64,000 bases of DNA from an uncultured Chloroflexota bacterium (GCA_903822495.1 CAIJPD010000006.1:25790-89789); one strand, 5' to 3'; shown: positions 9,949-19,928, counted from the stretch's first letter. Numbers and translations are program-made. Notes: generated by a model from the letters alone, not told the origin.

Positions 9949-11693
9949 GTGAGCGGCTGGACGCGATCACCGTCGAGGTGGTCAACCAGAGCGTCGCCGG
10001 CATCGTCCAGGAGATGCAGAACGCGCTCTTCGCCACGGGCTACTCCACGGTGATCCGGGAGTCGCACGATGCCTCGGGCGCCATCATGACGGCCGACGGC
10101 CGCGTCATCGCCCAGCACACCGTGCTGCCGATCCACCTGGGGGCCTTCCCGGCCTGCGTCGAGGGCCTGCTGCGACGCTACTCGCTCGACGAGATGGCGC
10201 CGGGCGACGCCTTCGTGGTCAACCACCCGTACCTGGGCGGCAGCCCGCACGCCTCCGACATGGCCATCATCACCCCGATCTTCGTGGACGGCACCATCTT
10301 CGGCTTCGCCGGGAGCATGGCCCACAAGCCCGACATCGGCGGCCTGGCCCCGGGCTCCAACTCGGGCGCCTCGCGCGAACTCTTCCACGATGGCCTCATG
10401 GTGCCGCCCGTTCGCTTCTGGGCGGCGGGCGTCCTGATCCGCGAGGTGGAGGCGATCATCGAGGCCAACACGCGCACGCCGGAGCTGGTGGTGGGCGACC
10501 TGCGCGGCCAGGTGGGCGCCACCTTCCTCGCCGCGGACCGGGTCCAGCGGCTGTGCGCACGCCTGGGCCGCGCCACCGTCCTGGCCGCCGCCGAGCGCCT
10601 TTTCGACGTCACGGCGGAACGCATCCGCTCGGTCATCCGCAGCTGGCCCGACGGCGAGTACGCCGGCGAGGCGACGCTCCACAACGACGGCGTGGAGGAT
10701 GGCCGCCCGGTCCACGCCCGGGTCCGAGTCCGGATCGAGGGCGACCGCCTGCACGCCGACTTCAGCGAGTCCAGCGACCAGACGGCGGGTCCGTACAACA
10801 TCCGCCCCGACCTGGTCCGCGCCGTCACCTACTACGTGCTCAAGTGCCTGGCGGGCCCCGACCTGCCCTCCAACCACGGCCTGGCGATGGTGGTGGACAC
10901 CGTGTTTCGGGACGGGTCGGTCCTCTCGCCCCGCTCGCCCGCGCCGGTCAACACCTACATCGCGATGGCGCTGGTCACCACGGAGGCGCTCTTCGACGCG
11001 CTGGCCAACGCGGTCCCCGGCGCCCGGATCGCGCACAGCAGCCACGGCGGGGCCCTGGTGACGGGCACGCTCTCGCACTTCCTGCCGGGTCGCGGGGCGC
11101 CCCTGGTCATGTACGAGATCCTGGCCGGGGCGATGGGCGCGCGGCCAAACAGCGACGGCGTCTCCGCCACCAGCGTCCACGTCCGGAACGCCGCGATCAC
11201 GTCGATCGAGATCCTGGAGACAGAGTTCCCGGTGGAGGTGGTCCGCTTCGACCTGGCCGCGGACTCCGGTGGGCCCGGGCGCTGGCGCGGGGGCCTGGGG
11301 CTCGTGCGCGAGTACCGGGCACTCGGCCGGTCACGGCGCGTGGCGCGTGGTGGCCGCGAGCTGACGCCCCCGCCCGGCCGGGACGGCGGCCTGCCCGGCC
11401 GCTCGTCGCGGGTGGTGCTCAATCCGCGCACGGATCGCGAGCGGCCGGTGACCGCCAGGGATGGCAACGTGGAGCTGGAGGCCGGCGACGTCATCCGCTA
11501 TGAGCTGGGCGGGGGTGGGGGCTTTGGCGACCCGCTGGCGCGCCCGGCGGCGGAGGTGCTGGCCGATGTCCACGAGGGCTATGTGACCCCTGGCGCCGCC
11601 CGCGCGGACTACGCCGTGGTGGTGGTGGCGGACGGCCTGGCGTGGCGGATCGATGAGGCGGCGACGGCGGCCCTGCGGGCCCGGCCGGGCTGA
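9945..11693 (+). CDS. hyuB: hydantoinase B / oxoprolinase family protein (HyuB-like)
   Basis: 582 aa hydantoinase_B-like. The ATG overlaps the hyuA stop (ATGA), indicating translational coupling. Confidence 0.85.
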   Translation: MSERLDAITVEVVNQSVAGIVQEMQNALFATGYSTVIRESHDASGAIMTADGRVIAQHTVLPIHLGAFPACVEGLLRRYSLDEMAPGDAFVVNHPYLGGSPHASDMAIITPIFVDGTIFGFAGSMAHKPDIGGLAPGSNSGASRELFHDGLMVPPVRFWAAGVLIREVEAIIEANTRTPELVVGDLRGQVGATFLAADRVQRLCARLGRATVLAAAERLFDVTAERIRSVIRSWPDGEYAGEATLHNDGVEDGRPVHARVRVRIEGDRLHADFSESSDQTAGPYNIRPDLVRAVTYYVLKCLAGPDLPSNHGLAMVVDTVFRDGSVLSPRSPAPVNTYIAMALVTTEALFDALANAVPGARIAHSSHGGALVTGTLSHFLPGRGAPLVMYEILAGAMGARPNSDGVSATSVHVRNAAITSIEILETEFPVEVVRFDLAADSGGPGRWRGGLGLVREYRALGRSRRVARGGRELTPPPGRDGGLPGRSSRVVLNPRTDRERPVTARDGNVELEAGDVIRYELGGGGGFGDPLARPAAEVLADVHEGYVTPGAARADYAVVVVADGLAWRIDEAATAALRARPG

Positions 11694-11838
11694 CGGGGTA
11701 GGGCCGGGCGACGGCCTGCCGGCGGGCGCGCCGGGGCGCAGCGGTTCGAGGCCAACGGCGGGCGGAAGGTTTCAGCCAGGCCGGTCGAGTTTTCTTCACT
11801 TGACTGCCCCCGACCGCCCCGGACAGACTCCCGGCAGC

Positions 11839-12627
11839 ATGTTGCCTCCTACCGAAACCCACGTCCCAGGCCCGCGCGGCCGCCGATCCGCGCCGCTCGC
11901 CGCGGCCCTGATCGCCCTCGCCCTGCTGGTGGTCTTCCCGCTCGGCGTGCTCGCCTGGTCGGCGCAGGGGTTCTCCCCCGCGGACGAGACCCAGCTGGTC
12001 ACGCTCACGAACCAGCGGCGTGCCGCCAGCGGCCTGCCCGCCCTGGTCGTTGACGCGGCGCTCACCAACGAGGCGCGGATCCGCAGCAAGGACATGGGCG
12101 ATCGCAACTACTACAGCCACCTGATCCCGCCGGACAACCACTCCGTGTTCGACGAGCTGCATGCGCTGGGCTACTGCTACCAGCTCGCGGCGGAGAACTA
12201 CGCCTGGAACAACTACCCGGACGCCCAGGCCAGCGCGGTGGTGGAGGGCCAGTTCGAGGCCTCCGGCGCACACCTCGCCAACATCCTGGGGAGTGCCTGG
12301 ACCAGGATCGGCGTCGGCGCGTACAAGGACGTCGACGGGAATCACGTCTACACGGTCCTCTTCTCGGTGCCGTGCTCCGGCGGCCCGCCGGCTCCCACGC
12401 CTCGCCCCGTCGCGACGCCCACTCCGGTACCGTCACCGCCGCCTGGTGTGGCCCCCGCGCCACCGCCCCCGCCCGACCAGGCGGGCGACCCGGCCGGCCT
12501 GGCGCCCACGGCGCCGGATGCGCTGGTGGCACCGATGCCCGGCGCGCCCTACCGGCTGCTGCAGTGGATCCTGGAGCTGTTCCTGGCCATCATCCACAGC
12601 CTCGCGGCGATGGTCCTCGGCGCCTGA
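11839..12627 (+). CDS. CAP (SCP/PR-1-like) domain protein with signal/TM, Pro-rich C-terminal region and hydrophobic tail
   Basis: Start at MLPPTE (ORF residue 63). CAP motifs (HYSQLIP.., GENYAW). C-terminal PPPP tract plus a hydrophobic segment. Confidence 0.7.
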   Translation: MLPPTETHVPGPRGRRSAPLAAALIALALLVVFPLGVLAWSAQGFSPADETQLVTLTNQRRAASGLPALVVDAALTNEARIRSKDMGDRNYYSHLIPPDNHSVFDELHALGYCYQLAAENYAWNNYPDAQASAVVEGQFEASGAHLANILGSAWTRIGVGAYKDVDGNHVYTVLFSVPCSGGPPAPTPRPVATPTPVPSPPPGVAPAPPPPPDQAGDPAGLAPTAPDALVAPMPGAPYRLLQWILELFLAIIHSLAAMVLGA

Positions 12628-12654
12628 ACGGCGCGCGGGCGCCTGAACAGGGGC

Positions 12655-13710
12655 TCAGGCCGTGGCGCCCTCGGCGGGTCCCACCGGGACGGCGACCGGC
12701 TCCACGGGGGCCGGCACGTGCGAGGCCCATGCCTCGCGGATCTGGGTGGGTGCCTCGTAGCGGGCCACCCGGCCCATGAGCCGGCGGATCCGGAGGCCCT
12801 CCAGCGGGCCCAGGGCGTAGAGCGGCATCTTGGTCAGCCACACGGCGCTGCCCAGGCTCACGGCATCGGCGCCGGCCCAGAAGAATTCGCGGCAGTCGTC
12901 GTAGGTGCGGATGCCGGCTGTGGCGATGATGGGCAGCTTGACCCCGGCGTCGCGCAATTCCGCGACCACCCGCAGCCCGATGGGCTTGATGGCTCGGCCG
13001 GAGATGCTGCCGAAGCGGTTCTTCATGAACGGCTCACCCGTCTCGGGATCCAGCCGCAGCGCCTTGACCGCATTGATCGCGGTGAGGGCGGCGATCCCGG
13101 TGCGCTCCGCCAGCTGGGCCTGCGCGACATAGTCGAGGTCAGGCGAGAGCTTGAGGATGATGGGGTGGCGCGACAGCGGGACCGACTGGCGGAGGACGTC
13201 CTCCAGGATCGTCTCGAACGGGAAGTTGACGTTGTGGCAGGAGACGTTGAACTCCACGGCGGCGATCTCGCCGGGCTTCGCCCTGCTGTTCACCGTCTCG
13301 ACGAGGCTGCACATCTCCTCGGCGGAGAAGCCCCCGACCGAGATGATCCGGTTCTGCGCCGACGTCCGGGGGTAGTACTCCTCGAAGTAGCGCTCGATCC
13401 CGATGTTGCACCAGCCGAAGGCGTTCATCCAGCCACCGTCCACCTCGCGGAGGGCGCGGCCGTACATTTTCAGCATGGTGGGGAACTCGGTGAGCCGCCA
13501 GTCCTCGCGAAGGCTGAAGTTGCCTTCGCGAGGCTGCACCGACAGCGTGCGAGTGGTCACGGCGCCAAACCGCTCCAGCGGAACCCACTGGGCGATGGGG
13601 CTCAACCCGTACAGGATGAGCTTGCTCTTGGAGGCGCCGTAGCCGAGCAGGCTGGCCGAGGTGACCAGCCGATTGCGCAGCTTGACCCCGTTGAGGTCGA
13701 TCAAGGCCAT
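12655..13710 (-). CDS. dihydroorotate dehydrogenase-like / dihydropyrimidine dehydrogenase (PreA)-like TIM-barrel flavoenzyme
   Basis: FNVSCHN (the NxSCPN-type active-site loop) and the GG-I-x-T-xxD FMN-binding tail of the class-1 DHOD family. Confidence 0.75.
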   Translation of the reverse strand: MALIDLNGVKLRNRLVTSASLLGYGASKSKLILYGLSPIAQWVPLERFGAVTTRTLSVQPREGNFSLREDWRLTEFPTMLKMYGRALREVDGGWMNAFGWCNIGIERYFEEYYPRTSAQNRIISVGGFSAEEMCSLVETVNSRAKPGEIAAVEFNVSCHNVNFPFETILEDVLRQSVPLSRHPIILKLSPDLDYVAQAQLAERTGIAALTAINAVKALRLDPETGEPFMKNRFGSISGRAIKPIGLRVVAELRDAGVKLPIIATAGIRTYDDCREFFWAGADAVSLGSAVWLTKMPLYALGPLEGLRIRRLMGRVARYEAPTQIREAWASHVPAPVEPVAVPVGPAEGATA

Positions 13711-13751
13711 GTCAGGCCGCCCGGGACGGGGCGCCGCGCGGGGTCAGTGGG

Positions 13752-13982
13752 TCAGCCGGCCGACCAGTCCGCGGTGATGGAGCGGGGAAGGGAGGTGGTC
13801 TCGCTGGGCTCGCCGCACTTGGTGACGAAGTCCTTGCGCAGGCCTTCCAGGATGTGGCGCAGCTCGCGATAGCGAGCCGGGTTCCCGGCGCCGGTGCTCA
13901 TCTTCACCCAGAGCCCGTCGAACTCGGCCTGGAGCGTATTGATCTCGGCCTGCAGGGCCGCGCAGTCGTGGGTCTCGGCCAT
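13752..13982 (-). CDS. small hypothetical protein (~76 aa)
   Basis: ORF with GC3-biased codons, starting at MAETHD. No recognisable domain. Confidence 0.3.
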   Translation of the reverse strand: MAETHDCAALQAEINTLQAEFDGLWVKMSTGAGNPARYRELRHILEGLRKDFVTKCGEPSETTSLPRSITADWSAG

Positions 13983-14135
13983 GGTGTTCCTCGCTGTCGT
14001 TGGTCGGGTTCGCCCGCTTCCGCCCGCGCGTGCGCGACGGGGCATGGGGATGCGATTGTATACCGGTCAGGCGTCCGCGGGCAGGCTGGACGACGTTCCG
14101 CGGGACTGCCGCCTGGCAGGTGGAAGGGGGGATCA

Positions 14136-15056
14136 GTGAAGCTGGGACTCTGGATCACGGCCCGGTTCGGGCGGGGCGTGACGTTCGAACAGCACTTCGC
14201 GGACATGCGCGACCAGGTGCGCGTCGCCCGCGACGGCGGGTTTGCCATGATCAGCGGCGGCCAGCACTTCCTGGGCCCGCGGCTCCAGACGCTGCCGCTC
14301 CTGGCCCGTCTCGCGGCCGACACCGGCGAGATGGAGATCGCCACGTCGGTGGTCCTGCTGCCGCTGCTCAACCCGGTGGACATCGCGGAGCAGGCCGCCA
14401 CGATGAACGTCATCGCCGGGGGTCGTTTCGTGCTGGGCCTGGGGCTGGGTCACCAGGCGGACGAGCGCCAGGCCTTCGGAATCGCCCGGGAGGACGTCGC
14501 GAGCCGCTTCGACGAGGCGATGGCCGTGATGGACCTGGTCTGGGCGGGCGATGGCCGTCCGTTCAACGGCCGTCACTTCTCGCTCCCGGCCCAGGAGCTG
14601 TCGTGGTCCATCCCGTATCCCCGGCCACGGATCTGGATCGGTGGCAGCAGCGACCGGGCGCTTCGCCGGGCCCGCGACTACAACCTGCCGTGGTTCCCGT
14701 CGGAGCTGGGCCTCGATGGCCTCGCGGAGCGCTATGCGGCGCACCCGCCGGCGCCCACCGCGGCGGGCGCCCCTCGAGCCGACCTGCCCATCGGCGTCTG
14801 GGTCCACATCGCCGAGACCGACGAGGCGGCGTGGGCCGATGCCGCGCGCCTCGGGCAGGTGGACCCGGCGAGGCCGGGCTGGCCGCCCGCCATCATCGGC
14901 TCGCCGGAGACGGTCACCGAGGGCATCCGCGACTACCAGCGCCGCCTGGACCCGACGCACCTGCTGCTCCGGCCCGTCGTCCCCGGGATGACCCAGGCGG
15001 AGACGATGCACCGGCTGGAGCTGCTCGCGGATCGGGTGCTGCCGGCCCTGCGCTGA
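14136..15056 (+). CDS. LLM-class (luciferase-like) flavin/F420-dependent oxidoreductase
   Basis: GTG start 4 nt after GAAGGGGGGA. LLM motifs. The upstream in-frame extension from 13854 was rejected because it overlaps the small ORF and lacks an RBS. Confidence 0.75.
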   Translation: MKLGLWITARFGRGVTFEQHFADMRDQVRVARDGGFAMISGGQHFLGPRLQTLPLLARLAADTGEMEIATSVVLLPLLNPVDIAEQAATMNVIAGGRFVLGLGLGHQADERQAFGIAREDVASRFDEAMAVMDLVWAGDGRPFNGRHFSLPAQELSWSIPYPRPRIWIGGSSDRALRRARDYNLPWFPSELGLDGLAERYAAHPPAPTAAGAPRADLPIGVWVHIAETDEAAWADAARLGQVDPARPGWPPAIIGSPETVTEGIRDYQRRLDPTHLLLRPVVPGMTQAETMHRLELLADRVLPALR

Positions 15057-15092
15057 GGCGAATGTCGAGAGGCCCGGGGCGCCATTGCCGCC

Positions 15093-15758
15093 TCAGGGCC
15101 GAACGACGATCTCGAAGGCCGCCTGGGGTTGGCTGGTGATCCGCACCTGCCATGGATCGGCAGCCAGGTGGGAGCCCATCGTGCCGGCCTGGTTGACCGC
15201 CCATGCCAGCCTTGTCAGGGGCGACGGCTCGACGACCAGCCAGTAGACCCGCCCCGCGACGAGCGACGTGCCGTCGGGCAACGGGACGAGGGTGGGCTGG
15301 GTCGCGGGATCTTCGCTGCGTGGCGCCTCGCCGATCGCCGACGCCAGCACCGTCCCGGGTTGCCCGGGCGCCGCATCGTCGTCGGCGAAGAGCCGGATCG
15401 TGAAGGTGCCGTCGCCGCCCGCCCCGAACTGGTGGACCGCCAGGCGGGCAGTGCCGCCGCGACCCGAGGCCTGGGCCACGAACCGCTCGCCCAGCCGGGA
15501 CGTGTAGCCGTCGGCCTGGAGCCCGGACACCGTGTAGCCGGTGCCGTCGGCGGCGGGTGGTTGGTCGCCGAGGCTGGTCCACGCCACGCTCCGGGACGTG
15601 GCGCCGCCGGCCTGGGTGCCTGCCGCGGACGGCGCACCCGTCGCCGGCGGACGGGGAAGGATCGCGGCGGCGGCTCCGGGAAGGAGGGCCGCCACGAGGA
15701 TCACGAGCGATGCCGCGCCGAGGGATCGGACCAGCGGTGGCGCAGGCATCGCTCGCAT
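15093..15758 (-). CDS. secreted hypothetical protein (signal peptide, no known domain)
   Basis: N-terminal signal LVILVAALLPGAAAA. 221 aa, Ala/Gly-rich. Confidence 0.6.
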   Translation of the reverse strand: MRAMPAPPLVRSLGAASLVILVAALLPGAAAAILPRPPATGAPSAAGTQAGGATSRSVAWTSLGDQPPAADGTGYTVSGLQADGYTSRLGERFVAQASGRGGTARLAVHQFGAGGDGTFTIRLFADDDAAPGQPGTVLASAIGEAPRSEDPATQPTLVPLPDGTSLVAGRVYWLVVEPSPLTRLAWAVNQAGTMGSHLAADPWQVRITSQPQAAFEIVVRP

Positions 15759-15771
15759 GTCGGGGACGCGG

Positions 15772-16626
15772 CTACTGGCGAACGACGAAGTTGTCCATGA
15801 CGCCGACGCCTTCGAAGGCGACGTACTTGGGCGGGGCCATTGGTGCCGCGTAGCTGCCGATCAGGGTTCCGTCGATGGTGAGCGTGACCGTGGAGGTGGC
15901 CGGCGAGTAGCGGAGCGCCATCCGGTTGAAGCCCGCGTAGCCCATCTGGCCCGACGCGAGGATCGCGCCCGTCATGCCGCCCGTGCGCAGCTCGTAGCTG
16001 AGCGGGACGGTGGCGTCGGGGACGGGGAGCGTGACGCGCAGCCAGAGCGCGCCCGAGGTGGCCAGGTTGCTGACGGTGGCGCCGGAGCCGGTGAAGCCCA
16101 GGCCGATGTAGCCGCCGGGGATGGGGGCCGGGTAGCCGTCCATGCTCAGGTCATAGTCGGTCGTCGGGGCGACGAACGGCTGGAGGGCGGTGGGGTACGA
16201 GGTGACCGGGTCGAACCACTCCGACACGATGCAGCCATTGCCGACGGCCTGGAGCGGTGACGCCATCTCCCACGGGTCGTCGCTGCACCCGGCGAACCTC
16301 CACGTCTGGACGGCATTGGGCGTGAGCCACTGGCTGTTCTTGGTGCCCGGATACTCCATCCAGAACCCGCCGAGGGTCGTGTGGAGCGGGACGGCCTTCA
16401 GGTCGCCCTTGCCGCCGGCCGGGCGATACCCGTCCGCCATGCCGAAGGACTCCCGGAGCAGGACGCCCGGCGCGGGGGCGGTCGTGGGCAGGATGCTGAC
16501 CGATGGCGGCGGCGTGGTGGTGGTGCCACCACCGCCCCTGGCGAAGGTGGCTGGGACCATCACCGACAGGGCGATGGCGGCGATGCCGAGGGCGCGCGTG
16601 GAGCGCCAGGCGAGTGTGCTGATCAT
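15772..16626 (-). CDS. secreted hypothetical protein with Thr/Pro-rich linker and beta-rich C-terminal domain
   Basis: Signal peptide, GGGGTTTTPPP linker, two conserved Cys (GCSDDPW / GNGC). No recognisable family. Confidence 0.6.
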   Translation of the reverse strand: MISTLAWRSTRALGIAAIALSVMVPATFARGGGGTTTTPPPSVSILPTTAPAPGVLLRESFGMADGYRPAGGKGDLKAVPLHTTLGGFWMEYPGTKNSQWLTPNAVQTWRFAGCSDDPWEMASPLQAVGNGCIVSEWFDPVTSYPTALQPFVAPTTDYDLSMDGYPAPIPGGYIGLGFTGSGATVSNLATSGALWLRVTLPVPDATVPLSYELRTGGMTGAILASGQMGYAGFNRMALRYSPATSTVTLTIDGTLIGSYAAPMAPPKYVAFEGVGVMDNFVVRQ

Positions 16627-16675
16627 GGAGTTGTTCCTCTCGAGTGGTGTGTCCCGGGCCGACGGGCTGTTGGTC

Positions 16676-17599
16676 CTACTTGACGGTGACCGTCACGGCC
16701 GCCGCGTCATTGGCCGGATTGCTGTCGCCATTGCCGGTCCCGAAGGTCCCGCTCGTGGTGAGCGATCCGGCGGTCGACGGCGCGACCAGGTCCAGTTGAA
16801 TGAAGGTGGACGCGCCGGGCGCCAGGTCGGCGACCGTGCACGAGACGAGCTGGCCGCTCACCGTGCAGATCGACGAGCCCTGCACGTTGGAGATCACGAC
16901 GCCGGCGGGCACCGCGGCGGAGAAGGTCACGCCCGTCGCGCCGCCCTTGCCGCTGTTCTTGACGGTGAAGGTCTCGCCGAAGGCGCTGCCGGCCGCGGGC
17001 GAGCCCGTGGTGGCCTTCGCCGTCGTCTGCAGGTCGGGCGTGCCAGTGGTCGTCCCGACACCACCACCACCGGCGGCCGGCGCCGGGTCGATGTGGATGG
17101 GCAACAGGACCCTGACCAGGTTCGGGTAGAAGACACCCATGCAGCACGGGTCGGTGAACGGCTCACCCGATGTGGTCTCGGCCACCGAGTTCGTGTCGCC
17201 GGCGGTGATCAGCTTCACGGGCAGGACGACCTCGATGGAGCCGCCGGCCGGGATGGGGCCCACCATCGTGCTGTGGCAGTAGTCGCGGTAGACGGTCGAG
17301 CCGCCGTGGGTCCCGCGGTACGCCTCGCACAGGAGGCTGGCCGGCGGGTTCGAGCGCTTGACGGCGTCCGTGAGCCAGAACTGCGCCGTGACGTTGTAGG
17401 GGTACGCCTCGCTGCCGGCGTTCGTCGCACGGAGCGTGAGGTTCACGATGCTGCCCACCGTGAGCGGCCCGCTGATCGTGTAGGTCGTCTGGACGTCGTA
17501 CGCGGCCGCGACGGTCGCGGCCATGGCGCCGGACCCCGCGACGACACTGAGCATGAGGGCGGCCGCGGCGATGATGGCGGGCCGGCGGGGGATCGACAT
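16676..17599 (-). CDS. secreted DUF11 (conserved repeat domain) surface protein
   Basis: Start at MSIPRRP (ORF residue 45). Signal peptide. DUF11-like repeats (LTLRATNAG, FTVKNSG, TVTVK). Confidence 0.65.
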   Translation of the reverse strand: MSIPRRPAIIAAAALMLSVVAGSGAMAATVAAAYDVQTTYTISGPLTVGSIVNLTLRATNAGSEAYPYNVTAQFWLTDAVKRSNPPASLLCEAYRGTHGGSTVYRDYCHSTMVGPIPAGGSIEVVLPVKLITAGDTNSVAETTSGEPFTDPCCMGVFYPNLVRVLLPIHIDPAPAAGGGGVGTTTGTPDLQTTAKATTGSPAAGSAFGETFTVKNSGKGGATGVTFSAAVPAGVVISNVQGSSICTVSGQLVSCTVADLAPGASTFIQLDLVAPSTAGSLTTSGTFGTGNGDSNPANDAAAVTVTVK

Positions 17600-17784
17600 G
17601 GGCCAGGTGCTCCTGCTTGCTTGCCGCACGGGTGGGCGACCTTGCCGGACCGCGGCCGGCGCACCGATGCTCGGTGGCGGCCACGAGACCGGATCTGCAT
17701 CGATCCTCGCCGGGCGTGCCCCGTGTGCCAACGGACCTAGGCCCTGCTACTGTCCGACCTAGGTCCGAAGAGTGGAGGGGTACG

Positions 17785-19278
17785 TTGACGAAGCGGACGG
17801 ACGCTCGACGCTGGCCGGCGGGTGACCGGCGAGAGGCGGCCGAGCCCGGGGCGGGCCTGGCGCCGGCGGCCGGGGGCGTCTCGCTCGCCACGCTCTACCT
17901 GACGGCCAGTCTGATCATGGTCCTGCTGGCGAGCGTCGCCGTCGCCGCCTTCGTGGGCTTCCAGGTGGAGCGGAGCGTGCTCGACCGCACCCAGTCGGTC
18001 ACCGCCCTGTACATCGAGAGCTTCGTGGAGCCGGAGATCGCGGGGCTGGCGACCGGAACCTCGCTCACGCTGGCCAACGTGGACGCGCTCGACCACCTGA
18101 TCGAGGGCACGGAGCTGGGGAGCCGCGTCGTCTCGTTCCGGATCTGGAGCCCCGACAGCGTGATCGTCTATTCGCCCAACCGGACCCTGATCGGCCGCCG
18201 GTTCGAGCCGGGCGACGAGCTGGCCGGCGCGCTCTCGGGCCAGGTCTCGTCCGACCTCAGCGATCTCAGCGGCCCCGAGAATGCGGAGGAGCGCCGGCGC
18301 TGGTCGCGGCTCGTCGAAACCTACGTTCCGGTCCGTGAGCGGGGAGGCGGCCGGGTGATCGCGGTGGCGGAGTTCTACCAGCTGCCCGACGAGATCGACG
18401 CCGAGGTGGCATCGGTGCGGTTCATGTCCTGGGCGGTGGTCACCCTCGCCGCAGCCCTGACCTACCTGGTCCTGGTGGGCATCGTCAAGCGCGGGAGCGA
18501 CACGATCATCCGCCAGCATTCGGCCCTCCGTGACCGGATCGCCCGGCTCTCGGAAGCGCTCGACCAGAACGAGCGGCTCCACCAGCGGCTGCGCCTGGCG
18601 GCGGAGCGGACCACGGCCCTCAACGAGGCCGGCCTCCGGCGGATCGGCAGCGACCTCCACGACGGGCCGGCCCAGGCCCTGGCCCTGGCGCTCCTGCGGC
18701 TCGAAGAAGTGGGCGACCAGACCGGCGTCTCCGACGCGGTGTCGGGCGCCATGGAGGACCTCCGGGCCATCGCCGCTGGTCTCCGCTCGCCGGTCTTCAC
18801 CGGCCTCCCCCTGGCCGAGGTCGCCGAGCGGGCCATCCGTGAGCACGAGCGCAGGACGGGTCAGCGGCCCATCCTGGCCCTTGGATCGCTGCCGCCCGAC
18901 GTCCCGGTGGTCACCAAGATCGCCGTCTACCGCGTCCTCCAGGAGGCGCTCTCGAACGCCCGCCGGCACGCCAGGGGGTCCGAGGTGGCGATCGATCTTG
19001 GCGCGACCAGCACGGACCTGGCGCTGGAGATCCGTGACCGCGGCCCGGGCATCGACCTGGACGCCATCCGCGCGGGCGCCCTCGGCGTGGCCGGCATGCG
19101 CGAGCGCGCGGAGCTGCTCGGCGGTACCTTCTGGATCGGCCCGCGCTCCGACCCGCCGGGAACCTCGGTCCGCCTGACCCTGCCCCTCGAGGTGGTCGCG
19201 GACGCGGGAGAGGCGCTGGGCGGCCTGGGTGCGACAGCCACAGCCGCCACGGGACCTGGGCAGGGAGGCGCGTCATGA
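17785..19278 (+). CDS. sensor histidine kinase, NarL/DesK family (HisKA_3 + HATPase_c) with 2-TM periplasmic sensor region
   Basis: H-box SDLHDGPAQ, N-box EALSNARRHA, G-boxes. TTG start after GAGTGGAGGGG; the exact start is uncertain. Confidence 0.75.
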   Translation: MTKRTDARRWPAGDRREAAEPGAGLAPAAGGVSLATLYLTASLIMVLLASVAVAAFVGFQVERSVLDRTQSVTALYIESFVEPEIAGLATGTSLTLANVDALDHLIEGTELGSRVVSFRIWSPDSVIVYSPNRTLIGRRFEPGDELAGALSGQVSSDLSDLSGPENAEERRRWSRLVETYVPVRERGGGRVIAVAEFYQLPDEIDAEVASVRFMSWAVVTLAAALTYLVLVGIVKRGSDTIIRQHSALRDRIARLSEALDQNERLHQRLRLAAERTTALNEAGLRRIGSDLHDGPAQALALALLRLEEVGDQTGVSDAVSGAMEDLRAIAAGLRSPVFTGLPLAEVAERAIREHERRTGQRPILALGSLPPDVPVVTKIAVYRVLQEALSNARRHARGSEVAIDLGATSTDLALEIRDRGPGIDLDAIRAGALGVAGMRERAELLGGTFWIGPRSDPPGTSVRLTLPLEVVADAGEALGGLGATATAATGPGQGGAS

Positions 19279-19928
19279 ACGAGGGACTCCGGATCGTCGT
19301 TGCAGACGACCACCCTCTCTACCGGGATGGCGTCGTGGGAACGCTGCAGTCCGCGGGCTTCGATGTTGTCGGAGTTGCGGCCCTGGCCCGCGACGCGATC
19401 CGGCTCGTCACGGAGCACGCGCCCGATCTCGCGCTGTTCGACGTGAACATGCCCGGTGGCGGGATCGCCGCGGCGGCGGCGGTGACCGCGGCCAGCCCCG
19501 CCACCCGGGTCGTGATGCTGACGGTCTCAGAGGACGAGGACGACCTTCGGGCCGCCCTCGCCGCCGGCGCGTCGGGCTATGTCCTCAAGGGGATCGCCGG
19601 GCGGGAGCTGGTCACCATCCTCCGCCAGGTTGCCGGCGGGGAGGTCTACCTCAGCTCCCGGCTCGCCCTGGCGGCGCTCCAGCGGCCCGCTCCCGCTGGA
19701 GTGGCCCCGGACCCGCTCGCCGACCTCTCGGCCCGGGAGCGGGCGGTGCTCGCGCTGGTCGCCGAGGGGCTGGGCAACGCCGAGATCGGGGAGCGCCTGG
19801 GGCTTGCCGAGAAGACGGTGAAGCACTACATGACTGCGGTGCTCGAGAAGCTGGGGGCGCGGAGCCGGGTGGAGGCCGCACTCATCGGGTACAAGGCGGG
19901 GCTGGGGCACCACCCCGGGTCTGACTAG
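19275..19928 (+). CDS. response regulator, NarL/LuxR family (REC + HTH_LuxR)
   Basis: ADDHPL receiver motif and a C-terminal LuxR HTH (EREVLALVAEGLGNAEIGERL). The start overlaps the kinase stop (ATGA). Confidence 0.85.
   Translation: MNEGLRIVVADDHPLYRDGVVGTLQSAGFDVVGVAALARDAIRLVTEHAPDLALFDVNMPGGGIAAAAAVTAASPATRVVMLTVSEDEDDLRAALAAGASGYVLKGIAGRELVTILRQVAGGEVYLSSRLALAALQRPAPAGVAPDPLADLSARERAVLALVAEGLGNAEIGERLGLAEKTVKHYMTAVLEKLGARSRVEAALIGYKAGLGHHPGSD

Noticed and set aside
13854-14135. N-terminal extension of the LLM oxidoreductase ORF back to 13854
   Set aside because: The extension overlaps the divergent small ORF, has no RBS and encodes Gly/Arg-rich filler. A GTG at 14136 preceded by GAAGGGGGGA gives a normal LLM N-terminus.
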